Positions 29,140 through 39,633 of a DNA stretch of 64,000 bases are shown here, piece by piece. How positions within the stretch are numbered: position 1 is the stretch's first letter; each line of letters begins with the position of its first letter. A model generated the notes under the pieces. The model did no database searches, was not told the origin of the DNA, and was given only the letters and a program-made list of their open reading frames with translations. The stretch is from an uncultured Methylomirabilota bacterium (lineage in GTDB: Bacteria > Methylomirabilota > Methylomirabilia > Methylomirabilales > 2-02-FULL-66-22). The stretch lies in assembly GCA_963705305.1 (NCBI GenBank), contig OY970067.1, positions 1,728,001-1,792,000 on the forward strand. Reading direction: 5' to 3'. A program made the position numbers and the translations under genes.

Positions 29140-29933
29140 GGCTGCCTTTCCTCCTCATCCCCACGGGGACGTCTCCCCCCGGGGACAATCCACCCTTTCG
29201 GTGCGGTACGCCCCCCGATTAGCCCATCCCCTCCTTTCTGCCCGTGCCCCTCTGCCTGGGGCAGCCGCGGGCGAAGGTGTTATTCACGGCAACCGACGCC
29301 CCGGATCGCTGTCCACTCCCGGACCGGCCGGGGCAGGCGCCACCCATGCGGCGTCACCGGGGGCTCGCGGCGCCTGTATGGCCCGCCCGTGCCGCGCCCA
29401 AGCCAGCACCGGAAATGCGGCGCCGCATCCCAGTCACGCTCCGAGAAAGTCCATGGTGGCGCACGGTTAGACGGATCTTCTTCAAAATAGCGCGGCCCCC
29501 TGGGCCTGCTGTTCGCCCAAGGGGCCGTGGTAGAGTCCGCGCCGCGCCCGATGGTGGTGCGCGCACGAATCCTTTCCGATAATATGGGATCCCCGCGAGC
29601 AGGCATCCTGCCTCCGCATAATCTGAACGTTGATCAAGATTTTGCTAAAACGCTAACTCCAACATCAAGGAATTGTCAAGACGAAATCGGTGGTGACGAA
29701 ATCGGTGGTGAGGGCGGACAGCGCGCCCGAGCCAGCCGACGGCACCTACGCCGGCAGCTCCAATGCGAATCGCGCCGACGAGAAGGACGGAGATCAGCTT
29801 ACCTTGCTTCGGTTCCAGCCGGAGGGGCGGGCGAATGGTCGATCGACAGACCGTTTCCTTGCCTGGCGGGATGTGCTAGGGTATGGTATACGGACGTGGG
29901 GGACGGATCCCGGCATTCATCATTAGCCTGATC

Positions 29934-30239
29934 ATGATGGCAAGATTCCTCAGAACACGGCTCTCCCGCCATCGGCAGCTTCTCCTGGATCAGACGCTGG
30001 CCGCACGGGGAGTGATGCAGCTCCTGATGAAGGAGCGAAACACCGGGGAGCGTTGGACCCGGAAGGAGCTGCGGGAGATCCGCAGCCACCTGCGGACCAT
30101 GTGCAAGCTGGTCCCCGCCCTCGTCGTGTTTCTGCTTCCAGGCGGCCTCTTCTTCCTGCCGGTCCTGGCCGAGGCCCTGGATCGGCGCAGGGGCATCCGG
30201 GTCACGGCGGCGCAACACCCCCCCCAGCCTCCGGCATGA
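29934..30239 (+). CDS. Hypothetical membrane protein
   Basis: Basic helix then hydrophobic LVVFLLPGGLFFLPVL. Confidence 0.65.
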   Translation: MMARFLRTRLSRHRQLLLDQTLAARGVMQLLMKERNTGERWTRKELREIRSHLRTMCKLVPALVVFLLPGGLFFLPVLAEALDRRRGIRVTAAQHPPQPPA

Positions 30240-30323
30240 TCGGGAGGCTCCCCCTGGATGGCCCCGATCTCCGGCGACGGGGCGGCCGCACGGTCCGGTC
30301 CCTCCGCCGCCTGGCCTTCCGGG

Positions 30324-31271
30324 CTATCCCACCGTCAGGACAAGCTTGCCGCGCGTGTGGCCCGACTCGATTGCCGCGTGAGCCGTGGCGGCCTCGGCCA
30401 GGGAATGAACCCCGCTGAGGTGCACCTTCAGCTTTCCCGCCTCCACCAGCCCCCGCATGTGGTCCAGCTCCGGAGCGTGCGGCTCGACGAAGACGTAGTG
30501 GTGCGTTGCCCCCTTCTTGGCGGCGAGCTCGCTCTCGCGGACGAGGATCGAAACCACCCGACCGCCTTTCTTCACGCAGTCATAGCCCCTCGCCAGCGCG
30601 TCGCCGCCGCAGCAGTCGAAGGCCACGTCCGCGCCCTGCGGCAGGAGGGCTTTGACCCCCTCTCGAAAGTCCCCCCCGGTGTAGTCCACCGCCCCGTCCG
30701 CCCCCAGGCTCTTGAGGTACTCGTGGTTCCGCTTGCTCGCCACCGCGACCACCCTAGCCCCCACGATCTTGGTCAGCTGGACGGCGAAGCTTCCGACCCC
30801 GCCGGACGCCCCGAGGATGAGGACCGTCTCGCCGGTCTTCACCTTGGCGGCGTCGTGAATCGATTGGTAGGCTGTGAGTCCCGCCAGGGGAATGGCGCCC
30901 GCCTCATCGAACGAGATATTCTGGGGCCGCCGGGCGAGGTAGCTTTCGGGGAGCGAGATGTACTCGGCGTAGGCCCCACGCTGGATCACGGGGCGTCGGC
31001 AGTAGGCGTAGACCTCGTCGCCCGCCTTGACCCGGCGGACGCTGAACCCGGGCGTCTCCACCACCCCGGCGAACTCCCAGCCGGGGATGATGGGGAACGT
31101 GTGTGGAAAGAACTCCTTCAAGTAGCCGGCGCGGATCTTCCAGTCCACGGGATTCACCCCCGCGGCTTTGATCCGCACCAGGACCTCCCCTTCCTCGGGA
31201 GCGGGCGTCGGCACCTCGGTGTACTTGAGAACTTCGCGACCGCCGAACTCATTGAAGATTACCGCTTTCAT
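30324..31271 (-). CDS. NADP-dependent oxidoreductase (MDR/quinone reductase)
   Basis: AAGVNPVD, GAYAEY, LGASGGVG, HTRGKLVL. Confidence 0.93.
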   Translation of the reverse strand: MKAVIFNEFGGREVLKYTEVPTPAPEEGEVLVRIKAAGVNPVDWKIRAGYLKEFFPHTFPIIPGWEFAGVVETPGFSVRRVKAGDEVYAYCRRPVIQRGAYAEYISLPESYLARRPQNISFDEAGAIPLAGLTAYQSIHDAAKVKTGETVLILGASGGVGSFAVQLTKIVGARVVAVASKRNHEYLKSLGADGAVDYTGGDFREGVKALLPQGADVAFDCCGGDALARGYDCVKKGGRVVSILVRESELAAKKGATHHYVFVEPHAPELDHMRGLVEAGKLKVHLSGVHSLAEAATAHAAIESGHTRGKLVLTVG

Positions 31272-31624
31272 GTCGTCCCCCCTTGCGCCCGGTCATCGGC
31301 GCACATCGGAAGAGTTCGGTGCCGTCCTCCGGCCATCCGGGGGGCCAAGCCGAACGGTCAGCCTCCCGTGGGCAGGTGCTTCCGTCCTAGTGGATATTAT
31401 ACCCGGCTAAGTCCTTCGATTCATACATTCGGCAGCGAACGTATTCACCCCGGACTCAGTGCCGAGCGAGCAGATGATGGAACCGGCAAGAAAAATACGT
31501 GACCGTGGCGGCGAGTCGACGCACGAAGGCGCCGGAGGGACAGGCGCACCGATCCTCCCGGAGCGTGAAGGAGGCTCACGCCTCCCCGCTCCGGGACGGG
31601 CGGCGGCTCGCGCGGCGGGCGGGG

Positions 31625-32152
31625 TTATCGCTGGGCGGGCTTTTTCCGGGGAACCGACAACGACTGCCAGCGCTGCCACTCCAGGTGCTTGGCCAGGAAA
31701 ACAATCTGTCCGACGTGGGCGGCATAGTGCGAGAACGCCCGCATGATGGCATCCAGGGCCGTCAGCTCCTGTCCGCGGATTGTCACCCGGTTCTGGAAGT
31801 TGGCGGGCGTGAGAGACCCCAGGGCCCCAAACAGGCAGGCCCACCCCTTTTCCCAGGTCGCGAGCAGCTGCGCTCGCGTCAGGCCGGGCGCCGGCTCGAA
31901 CTCCGCGTTCCGATTCCGGGTGGGCTTTTCCCCATCCGCGGTGAGGAAGTCGGTCCAGCGCGACAGCATGTTCTCCGAGACGTGCCGCACCAAGATATCG
32001 ATGCTGTTCGACTCCGGGTCCAGCGAGGTGCGCAGCTTGGCGTCGTCGGTCACTTGCGCGATCGCCTTGTCCGCCTGCGTCTTCAGCTTGCGCAGCTCCT
32101 GTACCAGGACCTCCAGCACGTTCGCTCCCGCTGTCTCCCCGCTCTGAGGCAT
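31625..32152 (-). CDS. DinB-like DUF1572 protein
   Basis: SNSI..LVRH, SRWTDFLT.DGEK, HYAAHVGQI. Confidence 0.88.
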   Translation of the reverse strand: MPQSGETAGANVLEVLVQELRKLKTQADKAIAQVTDDAKLRTSLDPESNSIDILVRHVSENMLSRWTDFLTADGEKPTRNRNAEFEPAPGLTRAQLLATWEKGWACLFGALGSLTPANFQNRVTIRGQELTALDAIMRAFSHYAAHVGQIVFLAKHLEWQRWQSLSVPRKKPAQR

Positions 32153-32280
32153 CACAGATCCTCCTGTTCGACGGCGCACGCCCCCCTGGCGGCATCCCGT
32201 CTTCAGAATCATACCCCGCCAGCGATCCGATCTCCAGCGTCCTCGATCCCGTCCGTCCCTACGGCGGACGACGGGACTGA

Positions 32281-32790
32281 CTACGACCGCCCCCGTGGCG
32301 GGTCGGCGGGATAGACTGTCGCATACCTGGCGAGGGTCGCGAGACAGAGCTTGACCGCGTTCAGCGTGTACTGGAAGCAGCGCGCCTTCCGACGCTCTTC
32401 GGCCTCGGCCGTCCCCTGCCGCAGCAAGTCCCCGATGAGCTCGCAACAGCCGGTGGCTCCGAACGTGGTCCGGAACTGGCACACGAAATCCCGGCTGACC
32501 TCGTAGGCCCGCTCCTTGCTGCCCTGGGGGGGATTGCGCCGCCCGTGCATCAGGCCGAGGGCCGCCACCCCGCCCGACACGGCCCCGCAGACATTGTCCC
32601 GGGTTCCCCCGATTCCGCCCCCCAGGCCCGAGAGCATGGCGACGGCCTCCACCGGGATGTCAGATTCCACGAAGTGACGCACGACCAGGAAGACCCGCTC
32701 CGCGCAATTCGGTCCATCCGCATACCGCTTGTGGATCGCCTCGATCTCACCGGCAATCTGTTTGGGGTCCAGGTGTCTCATGTCTGTCAT
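32281..32790 (-). CDS. C-GCAxxG-C-C family redox protein
   Basis: NCAE, GLGGGIG, CGAVSGG, CC, RC. Confidence 0.88.
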   Translation of the reverse strand: MTDMRHLDPKQIAGEIEAIHKRYADGPNCAERVFLVVRHFVESDIPVEAVAMLSGLGGGIGGTRDNVCGAVSGGVAALGLMHGRRNPPQGSKERAYEVSRDFVCQFRTTFGATGCCELIGDLLRQGTAEAEERRKARCFQYTLNAVKLCLATLARYATVYPADPPRGRS

Positions 32791-32856
32791 GGGTGTGGCC
32801 CTCGATGAGTGGTTGGATGGCTTCGATGGATCCGCATCGTCTGCGGCGCGATCGAT

Positions 32857-33225
32857 TCATCCGATGGCGCGCAGGATCGCGACGTGGAGCTGCTCGGGCT
32901 GGTCGGTGCCGAGGATGATCCCTCTCCCGTTCTTCAGCCGGACGGCCACGGCATCGAATCCCGAGACATTGTAGAGCCGACCGCGGGACGTTGCGCGGAT
33001 TCCCCACCCGTGGATCACCCGTGTTCGGGTGACCTCGGCCGTCTGAATCTCCGAGAGCGGGACTTCCCTGCGAATGATCCCGAGGCTGAAGGCCCAGCGG
33101 AGGGCCTGGTCGGTCACCTGGATCGTCAACGACGAGAAGAGGGCGGCGCAGGCGGAAAGGACGGCCCCCACCAGCAGCAGGAGCGCCCGCGGAGCAGGCA
33201 ACAGGGTGGGCAGATACACGCACAT
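32857..33225 (-). CDS. Hypothetical membrane protein
   Basis: One TM segment, GWGIR...LYNVSG, LGTDQPE. Confidence 0.7.
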   Translation of the reverse strand: MCVYLPTLLPAPRALLLLVGAVLSACAALFSSLTIQVTDQALRWAFSLGIIRREVPLSEIQTAEVTRTRVIHGWGIRATSRGRLYNVSGFDAVAVRLKNGRGIILGTDQPEQLHVAILRAIG

Positions 33226-33240
33226 GACCGCCGCGCCTCT

Positions 33241-33804
33241 TCACTTCATCAGCCGCTTGCCGGCATCCCAGGCGCCGCCCACCCGTTCACCCATCTTCCA
33301 GTACGTGTTGTCCGGCATCGTCAGCGTGAAGGGCTGCAGGCGGGTGACATCCAGAGCGCCGCCGATCAGCACGCCTCCCTCGGCGCAGGCCTCCACGATC
33401 TCTCCGATGAAGAGGTCGTTGGTGGGAAAGGAAACAGTTTGGACGAGCGTGCAGGCCAGGCAGAGTCGGCACTCCCGGATCAGCGGGGCGTGCTGGAGGC
33501 CGCCGTAGAAGACGCCGAAGAGCTTGCCCTTGTCGGTCTCCCTGCCGGAGACGAGGCCGCAGTAGTCCACTTTCTCCACGAGGTCCAGCCCCGGGACGTT
33601 GACGCTGAACTCCTTGTGCTCGCGGATGCCGCTGCAGGTGTAGTGCGACTTCGCCAGCGAGATGCCAACCATCGGCGGCTGGAAATTCACCCGCGAGATC
33701 CACCCGACCGGCATGAAGTTTACCTGCCCATCCACCACGGCCCCCACCAGCGCCACCGGCATCGGATAGATGGACACGTTGTTGTCGATTCGCGTCTTCG
33801 CCAT
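33241..33804 (-). CDS. Flavin reductase / flavoredoxin family protein
   Basis: YPMPVALVG, FSVNVP, DYCGLVSG, APLIREC, LFIGEI. Confidence 0.92.
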   Translation of the reverse strand: MAKTRIDNNVSIYPMPVALVGAVVDGQVNFMPVGWISRVNFQPPMVGISLAKSHYTCSGIREHKEFSVNVPGLDLVEKVDYCGLVSGRETDKGKLFGVFYGGLQHAPLIRECRLCLACTLVQTVSFPTNDLFIGEIVEACAEGGVLIGGALDVTRLQPFTLTMPDNTYWKMGERVGGAWDAGKRLMK

Positions 33805-33880
33805 GCATCCTCCTCCCAGATTGATGCGACCGCGGCTCTCGCCACGCCGGGGAATTCCTGCCGGTCTTCGGGTCGGATGA

Positions 33881-33999
33881 CCCCATTCCGAAAATATCTC
33901 ACCGCCAAGGCGCCAAGGGAAAAATTCGAATTTCGAATTTCGAAATTGAAAGGGGCTATCATGCCGTCATAGTGGTCCAAGAGCTCTTTCGGGCCAGGG
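33881..33999. mobile_element. MITE-like repeat family B flanked by ATGA direct repeats
   Basis: ATGA at 33877-33880 and 34000-34003; homologous to 18035-18158, 23634 and 63011. Confidence 0.7.
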
Positions 34000-34301
34000 A
34001 TGAAAGGTCAGGCCATACTGTACCCCGTCCCCCGGGCGAGCAACAGCAATCTCCCCCGCACGCCGGGAAACGTCCACAGCCCCATACCTTCGTTGCCACG
34101 GCCGACGGGAACTTGGCGGTCCGGCCACGGCCATGCCGACCGCGCCGGGAGGCGCCAGGCGGTTTGCGGCGCAGGATGGGCAAGCACGTTCGCGGAGGCC
34201 GGCCGGGTCAGACCGTGCGCCGCCGGGTCGCGGCCGCTGGCGAGTCGGCATTCGCCCGGGGCTCGCCGCCGCGGTTCGTGAGGGTCCGGATTCGATTCTG
34301 C

Positions 34302-35132
34302 TTATCCCACGTCCGCCCACACCAATGCCGAGCGCATCCCGTCGGGCCAGCGATAGCCCCCGCCCTCACAGGTGAGGCGGCGCGAGAGGACCTCCCGGAC
34401 CAGCTCGTCATGGTGCGTCCCGCGAAGCCCGAGCTGCCGCTTGGCCCTCTCCAGGGCCGCCTCCAGCGTCGGATCGCCCCACGAGCGCGCCGGGCGCGAC
34501 TCCATCAGGACATTCGGGTAGAAGCCCGCCACGAGGAGCAGGTTATAGCCCACCGCGAAATTGGGGCTGTCGTGCCAGCATCCGCGGATCCGCTGCGACA
34601 ATTCTCCGATGACGCCGTCATGGGCCGGAACGCGCAGCGCCAGGTACCACGTGCGGAGCGCGCTGGCCGCCATCTTGCGGACGAAGCCGGCAAGGTCCGC
34701 GGTGGAATAGGTGGCGTGGGCGGCGATGACCACATCATGGGGCGGCAGGTCGGCCTCCATCCAGGGCGCGGCCACCACGTCGAGGTTGCCGATCTGCCGG
34801 GCGGCCGCCCGCTCCAGGAGGATCTGCCGCATCTCCGCGAGCGGCTCCACCGCCGTGACCCGGCGCACGTGCCGAGCGATGGGCAGGCTCCAGCGGCCGA
34901 TGCCCGCCCCGATGTCCAGCACCGTCATCTCCGGTGCCAGCCGTCCCAGGATGAATTCCAGCAGGGGCTCCGGCTCGCGGCGCTCCCCCTTGTCGAGCTG
35001 CTGCGCCACTCGCCGCCACCGCGCGACCATCTGCGCCTGATCCCCGGCGCCGGCCATGCGGTCGGACGAGGCCAGCTCTTTCCAGAGGGCCTCCCAGTCG
35101 ATCGGCATCGCCATCCCCTCCTGTTCCCGCAT
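34302..35132 (-). CDS. Class I SAM-dependent methyltransferase
   Basis: VLDIGAGIG, VTAVEP. Confidence 0.88.
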   Translation of the reverse strand: MREQEGMAMPIDWEALWKELASSDRMAGAGDQAQMVARWRRVAQQLDKGERREPEPLLEFILGRLAPEMTVLDIGAGIGRWSLPIARHVRRVTAVEPLAEMRQILLERAAARQIGNLDVVAAPWMEADLPPHDVVIAAHATYSTADLAGFVRKMAASALRTWYLALRVPAHDGVIGELSQRIRGCWHDSPNFAVGYNLLLVAGFYPNVLMESRPARSWGDPTLEAALERAKRQLGLRGTHHDELVREVLSRRLTCEGGGYRWPDGMRSALVWADVG

Positions 35133-35358
35133 GGATCCCGCTGCTCCAGGCTGCGCAAGACCGTAGCATGCGCGTGTGGGGCGTCAAGCCCAATTGGTAG
35201 GAGCCTCGTGATGACGTGCGGCGCCCGGGTGGATGTCCCGGGTTTCCCTGCCCGCCCAGCCGGGGTTCCTGCTATACTCCTCCGCATCGTGCCCCAACCG
35301 CAAGTCTGACCGGAGGCGGCTCGCGGCACCACACACCCTTCAACCAAGGAGGAGCGGG

Positions 35359-36150
35359 ATGGGAGGCTTGCAAGGGAAGGTTGCCATCGTGACCGGCGCC
35401 AGCACGGGCATGGGGCGCGCCATCGCGGCCGCCCTGGCGGGCCAGGGGGCCATCCTCGGCCTGGTCGCGCGAAGCGCCGACCGGCTGGCGGAAAGCGCCG
35501 GCCTGATCCGGGCCGGGGGAGGCCAGGTCGTGGACTTCTCCGGGGACGTGGCCGATGACGAGGTCGCCAAGCGGACCGTCCAGGCGATGCTGGATCGCTA
35601 CGGCCGCATCGACATCCTGGTCAACAACGCCGGCACCAACACGTTTCACCGCAATCTGGCCGATACGTCGCCCCAGGACTGGCGGCGGGTCCTGGAGACC
35701 AATCTCACCGGCGCGTACCTCTTCACCCGCCGGGTTCTTCCCCCCATGCGGCAGGCGGGTCGGGGGTTGATCGTCCTGATCTCTTCCGGCGCCGGCCTCC
35801 AGCCGAGCGCCCCGGCGGGCGTGGCCTACTCCGCCTCCAAGCACGCGATGCATTCCCTGGCCGGGTCGATCAACGCCGAAGAGCGGCGCCACGGAATCCG
35901 GGCCTGCGTCATCGCCCCCGGCGAAACCGACACCCCCAACCTGACCCTGCGGCCGCGGCCTCCCGCCAAGGAGGACCTGGCCACGATGCTGCGGCCCGAG
36001 GACATCGCCGACGCGGTGGCCTACGTCGCCGGCCAGCCGGACCACGTGGCGGTCGAGATGATCGTCATCAACCCGACCGCGAAGCGGAACTACCAGGCCG
36101 ACTACGAGCGCTACACCGCTGAGGGCCACACCCGCGTCCCCCTGGACTGA
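35359..36150 (+). CDS. SDR family oxidoreductase
   Basis: TGASTGMG, LVNNAG, YSASK; AGGAGGAG RBS. Confidence 0.93.
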   Translation: MGGLQGKVAIVTGASTGMGRAIAAALAGQGAILGLVARSADRLAESAGLIRAGGGQVVDFSGDVADDEVAKRTVQAMLDRYGRIDILVNNAGTNTFHRNLADTSPQDWRRVLETNLTGAYLFTRRVLPPMRQAGRGLIVLISSGAGLQPSAPAGVAYSASKHAMHSLAGSINAEERRHGIRACVIAPGETDTPNLTLRPRPPAKEDLATMLRPEDIADAVAYVAGQPDHVAVEMIVINPTAKRNYQADYERYTAEGHTRVPLD

Positions 36151-36256
36151 GCCCGCCCCCGGACGAAACGCTGTCCCTCGCAGAACACCGCGGCCCTTCG
36201 GGGACTCCCCGAAGGGCCCTGGCATCTGCTCGGCGAGTGGACCAGCGCGTCGCTAG

Positions 36257-36410
36257 CAAGTTACCGAAAATCTCGCCTTCGCTAAGGCTGCTCAAAAGGG
36301 CCCAGATGCAAGGCGCCGCGGGATCCGAGGCGCGAGGCGTACTTCCCGCGTACGCCGCAGCGCCGCGGGAGTGCGGCAACGCCGCCAGATGGGCCTTCTT
36401 CAGCAGCCTT
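36257..36410. mobile_element. MITE family A with IS5-like ends, copy 1
   Basis: AGGCTGCTCAAAAGGGCCCA...TGGGCCTTCTTCAGCAGCCT; flanked by CTAG and CTAC; inverted homologue at 56384-56556. Confidence 0.75.
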
Positions 36411-37256
36411 CTACCCCTTCACCGCCCCCGCCGTGAGCCCGGACACGTAGTGCTTGACGAAGAACGAATAGATGAAGGCGACGGGGAGCGAGCCCAGGAC
36501 CGCCGCGGCCATGAGCGAGCCCCAGAACAGGACGTCGGCCTTGATCAGGTCGCTCACCACCCCGACCGGGATGGTCTTCATGTCGCCGGAGGACATGAAG
36601 ATCAGGGCGTAGAGGAACTCGTTCCAGCAGAGGGTGAAGCAGAAGATCCCCGCCGAGAGCACGCCCGGCACGGACAGCGGCAGAACCATCCGCCAGAGAA
36701 TCTGGAGGCGCGAGCAGCCGTCGGCCATGGCGCTCTCCTCGATCTCTTTCGGAATGGTGCGGAAGTACCCCATCAGCAGCCAGGAGGCGAAGGGAATGAG
36801 CTGCGTGGGGTAGGTCAGGATGAGGGCCCAGTAAGTATTGTACAGACCCAGCTTGTAGATCACCTGCGCCAGCGGCAGGAACAGAAGGGTGGGCGGGACC
36901 AGATAGGCGAGGAAGATCCCCACCCCCAGGAAATTGCTTCCGGGGAAGCGCAGCCGGGCCAGGGCGTAGCCGGCGAACACGCTGCAGACCAGCGACAGCA
37001 GGGTGGAGACGACCGACACGATCAGCGTGTTCTTCACCCATTCGGGAAAGGCGGTATGCGTAAACAGATAGGTGTAGTTCTCCCACGTGAAGCGGTGGAT
37101 CCAGAAGGGATTGTACTTCATGTCGAACAGGTCGTTGGTGTGCTTGAACGAGACGATGCCCATCCAGTAGAAGGGAAAGAGCAGGAAAAGCAGATAGAAG
37201 GCCAGCGGCAGGTAGATGTTCAGCAGCCGGTTCGTGAACCGCTCGCTCCCGACCAT
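36411..37256 (-). CDS. Carbohydrate ABC transporter permease
   Basis: EESAMADG, WNEFLYA, GLTAGAVKG. Confidence 0.93.
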   Translation of the reverse strand: MVGSERFTNRLLNIYLPLAFYLLFLLFPFYWMGIVSFKHTNDLFDMKYNPFWIHRFTWENYTYLFTHTAFPEWVKNTLIVSVVSTLLSLVCSVFAGYALARLRFPGSNFLGVGIFLAYLVPPTLLFLPLAQVIYKLGLYNTYWALILTYPTQLIPFASWLLMGYFRTIPKEIEESAMADGCSRLQILWRMVLPLSVPGVLSAGIFCFTLCWNEFLYALIFMSSGDMKTIPVGVVSDLIKADVLFWGSLMAAAVLGSLPVAFIYSFFVKHYVSGLTAGAVKG

Positions 37257-37257
37257 C

Positions 37258-38184
37258 CTACTCCTCCCTCCGGATATACGCGAGGAGGATCACCGCGAAC
37301 ACGGTCAGGATCGGGAACATGTACAGGGCGATGGCCGCCCCCATGCCGATCTCCGTCGCCGCCAATCCGATCTGGTAGGCGTAGGTGCCGAAGATATGGG
37401 TCATGTTGGCAGGCCCCCCCTTGGTCAACACGTAGATCAGCTGGAAGTCCGCGAACGTCCAGATAATGGAGAGCAGGGTCGCGATCAGGACGACCCCCTT
37501 GACGTGGGGCACCGTCACGTGCAGGAACCGATGCCACATACCGGCGCCGTCGATGGCCGCCGCCTCGTGCAGATCGGCAGGCACGGCTTGGAGGCCGGCC
37601 AGGATGGTGATGGCGAAGAAGGGGGTCCCCCGCCAGATATTGACCAGACACACGGAAGAGATGGCCAGCTTTGGATCTCCCAGGAAATTGATATTCTGCT
37701 GGATGAGCCCGTAATGCTTGAGCAGCCACGAGATCGGGCTGAACACCGGGTCGAAGATCATGAACCAGCCCAGGGTGGAGAGCGCGGTGGGCACGATCCA
37801 CGGCATCATCACCGCGGCGCGAATCGGATTGCTGAACCGCATGTGGTTGTTCAGCACCAGGGCCAGGCCCAGGCCCAGGGCCGCCTTGAAGGGCACCGTC
37901 ACCATGGCGTAGATGAAGGTGTTCCACGTCGTCTGGATGAAGATGCTGTCACTCAGGAGATCCGAGAAATTCCTGAGCCCGATGTACTGGCCCATCCGCC
38001 CGATCGCGCTGTCGGTGACCGACAGCCAGACCCCGTAGAAGAACGGATAGGCCATGAACACGATGAGCAGCAAGGCCCCGGGCAGCATCAGGATGACGCC
38101 CAGGCTCGACTCGCGCTCCAGCAGCGACCCCGAGGTCACGGCGGTGCCGTGCATTTCAGCCCTGGGACTCAAGTCACCCTCCAA
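37258..38184 (-). CDS. Carbohydrate ABC transporter permease
   Basis: IGLRNF, WRGTPF, HEAAAIDGA; start may be 38154. Confidence 0.92.
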   Translation of the reverse strand: MEGDLSPRAEMHGTAVTSGSLLERESSLGVILMLPGALLLIVFMAYPFFYGVWLSVTDSAIGRMGQYIGLRNFSDLLSDSIFIQTTWNTFIYAMVTVPFKAALGLGLALVLNNHMRFSNPIRAAVMMPWIVPTALSTLGWFMIFDPVFSPISWLLKHYGLIQQNINFLGDPKLAISSVCLVNIWRGTPFFAITILAGLQAVPADLHEAAAIDGAGMWHRFLHVTVPHVKGVVLIATLLSIIWTFADFQLIYVLTKGGPANMTHIFGTYAYQIGLAATEIGMGAAIALYMFPILTVFAVILLAYIRREE

Positions 38185-38247
38185 GGCGAGAGCAGCCGCA
38201 TCGCCTGCGGCTGCTCTGGAATTCCAAGCGCGAACGCAAAAGGAAAT

Positions 38248-38279
38248 CCGGACGGCGTGGGGACCCCCACGCCGTCCGG
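38248..38279. promoter_or_regulatory. Stem-loop between binding-protein and permease genes
   Basis: CCGGACGGCGTGGGG/CCCCACGCCGTCCGG; typical mRNA-stabilising position. Confidence 0.6.
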
Positions 38280-38292
38280 GTCAGGACCACCA

Positions 38293-39633
38293 CTAGAGCC
38301 CGTACGCTCGCTTCAGCTGCTCAGCACCCCACTCCACCGCGGCCTTGGCGTCGCCCGACTGGATCGCCCTGGCGTAGGTATCGACCAGGATGTACTTCGA
38401 CCAAGCCAGGGCTGCCTTCTCGTTCGGCGGCCCGGCGTAGCCCGCGTTGATGCCATATTTGGGCTGTTCCCGGAAGGGGGCCATCTTCGGGTCCTTGAAC
38501 CACATCGGGTCATTGGCCAGCTTCGTGACGTGCTGAAGCTGGTAGCCCTCCTGGAGTCGCCACCAGGCATTGTACTGCTCGTCCTCGAACCACCACTTCA
38601 AGAATTCCTTCCCGGCCGCAATGTTCTTGGAATTCTTGAGGATGGCAAAGGTCCGCGTCTCCAGCCAGTAGAACCGACCGGACGGGCCCTTGGGGATGAG
38701 CATGTGGTGCATGTCCTGCGCGATCTGCGGCTGGTCCTTCTTGGCCACGAAGTAGATACTGGAGCCGTTCAGCGTGGACGCGATCTGGCCCGCCAGGAAC
38801 GCCCGGTTGTTGCTGCTGTCGTCCCAGGAGGTGCCGGTCTCGTCATAGCCGTCCTTCCAGGCCTGGAGGAACCTCCGCATGGCATCCACAAATTCAGGCT
38901 TATTGAACTCGATATGCTTCTCGTCCTTGGAAACCTCCATGGCCCCGTGGGCCCACATGTAGGGATACACGAAGCTCGGCGGGTCACCGGTGCTGTGCCC
39001 GAACGCCTGACCGAACGGGTGGCCGGCCGCCTTGCACTTCTTGGCGATGGCGTGGTACTCGTCCCAGGTCAGATCGACTTTGTTGCCGTCCTCCGCGTTG
39101 GGGCACCCGCCTTCCTTGAGCCAGCTGATCCGATAGTTCACGGAGTCGTTGCTGTACCCGAGAGGGATCCCCAGATAGCGGCCGTTCACCGGAGCGGACC
39201 GCAGCACGTACTGCTCGAAGCCACCCCCGCGCTTGCCGACCTCCTCCGCCTCCGGAGTAAGGTCGACGAGGTTATTCCTGTACAGGAAATTCCAGGTAGG
39301 CCACAGGTCCACCACGTCCGTACCGCCGGCCTGGACGGCCGCGGCGATCTTGGGCTGCAGGTCGGGCCAGTTCAGGAAGTCCACCGCGGTGTCGACGCCG
39401 GCCATCTTCCCCCACTCCGCGACTTGCTTCTTGAAGAAGTCCTGAGCGGGGGCGATGAAATAGGTTGCCTGGAGAATCCGTAGTGAGGTGCCCTTGATAA
39501 CTGCCGGGGCCGCACCGAACGCCCGGTTGGGCAATGACCCGAGGGCGGCCGCGCCCACGCCGACGAGTCCCGCGGTCTTGAGGAAGGACCGCCGGCTCAC
39601 CTGGCCTGTCTTCCGCTCCTTCGTCTTTCCCAT
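38293..39633 (-). CDS. Tat-exported ABC substrate-binding protein
   Basis: SRRSFLK twin-arginine signal; WDDSSNNRAFLAG. Confidence 0.9.
   Translation of the reverse strand: MGKTKERKTGQVSRRSFLKTAGLVGVGAAALGSLPNRAFGAAPAVIKGTSLRILQATYFIAPAQDFFKKQVAEWGKMAGVDTAVDFLNWPDLQPKIAAAVQAGGTDVVDLWPTWNFLYRNNLVDLTPEAEEVGKRGGGFEQYVLRSAPVNGRYLGIPLGYSNDSVNYRISWLKEGGCPNAEDGNKVDLTWDEYHAIAKKCKAAGHPFGQAFGHSTGDPPSFVYPYMWAHGAMEVSKDEKHIEFNKPEFVDAMRRFLQAWKDGYDETGTSWDDSSNNRAFLAGQIASTLNGSSIYFVAKKDQPQIAQDMHHMLIPKGPSGRFYWLETRTFAILKNSKNIAAGKEFLKWWFEDEQYNAWWRLQEGYQLQHVTKLANDPMWFKDPKMAPFREQPKYGINAGYAGPPNEKAALAWSKYILVDTYARAIQSGDAKAAVEWGAEQLKRAYGL

Noticed and set aside
29268..29279. GGGCGAAGGTG match to the tRNA-Val 3' end as a second att site
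   Set aside because: Only about 11 bp, on the wrong side of the tRNA, and expected by chance in GC-rich DNA
32281..32790. C-GCAxxG-C-C protein as a second selenoprotein
   Set aside because: All motif positions are Cys codons; no internal TGA
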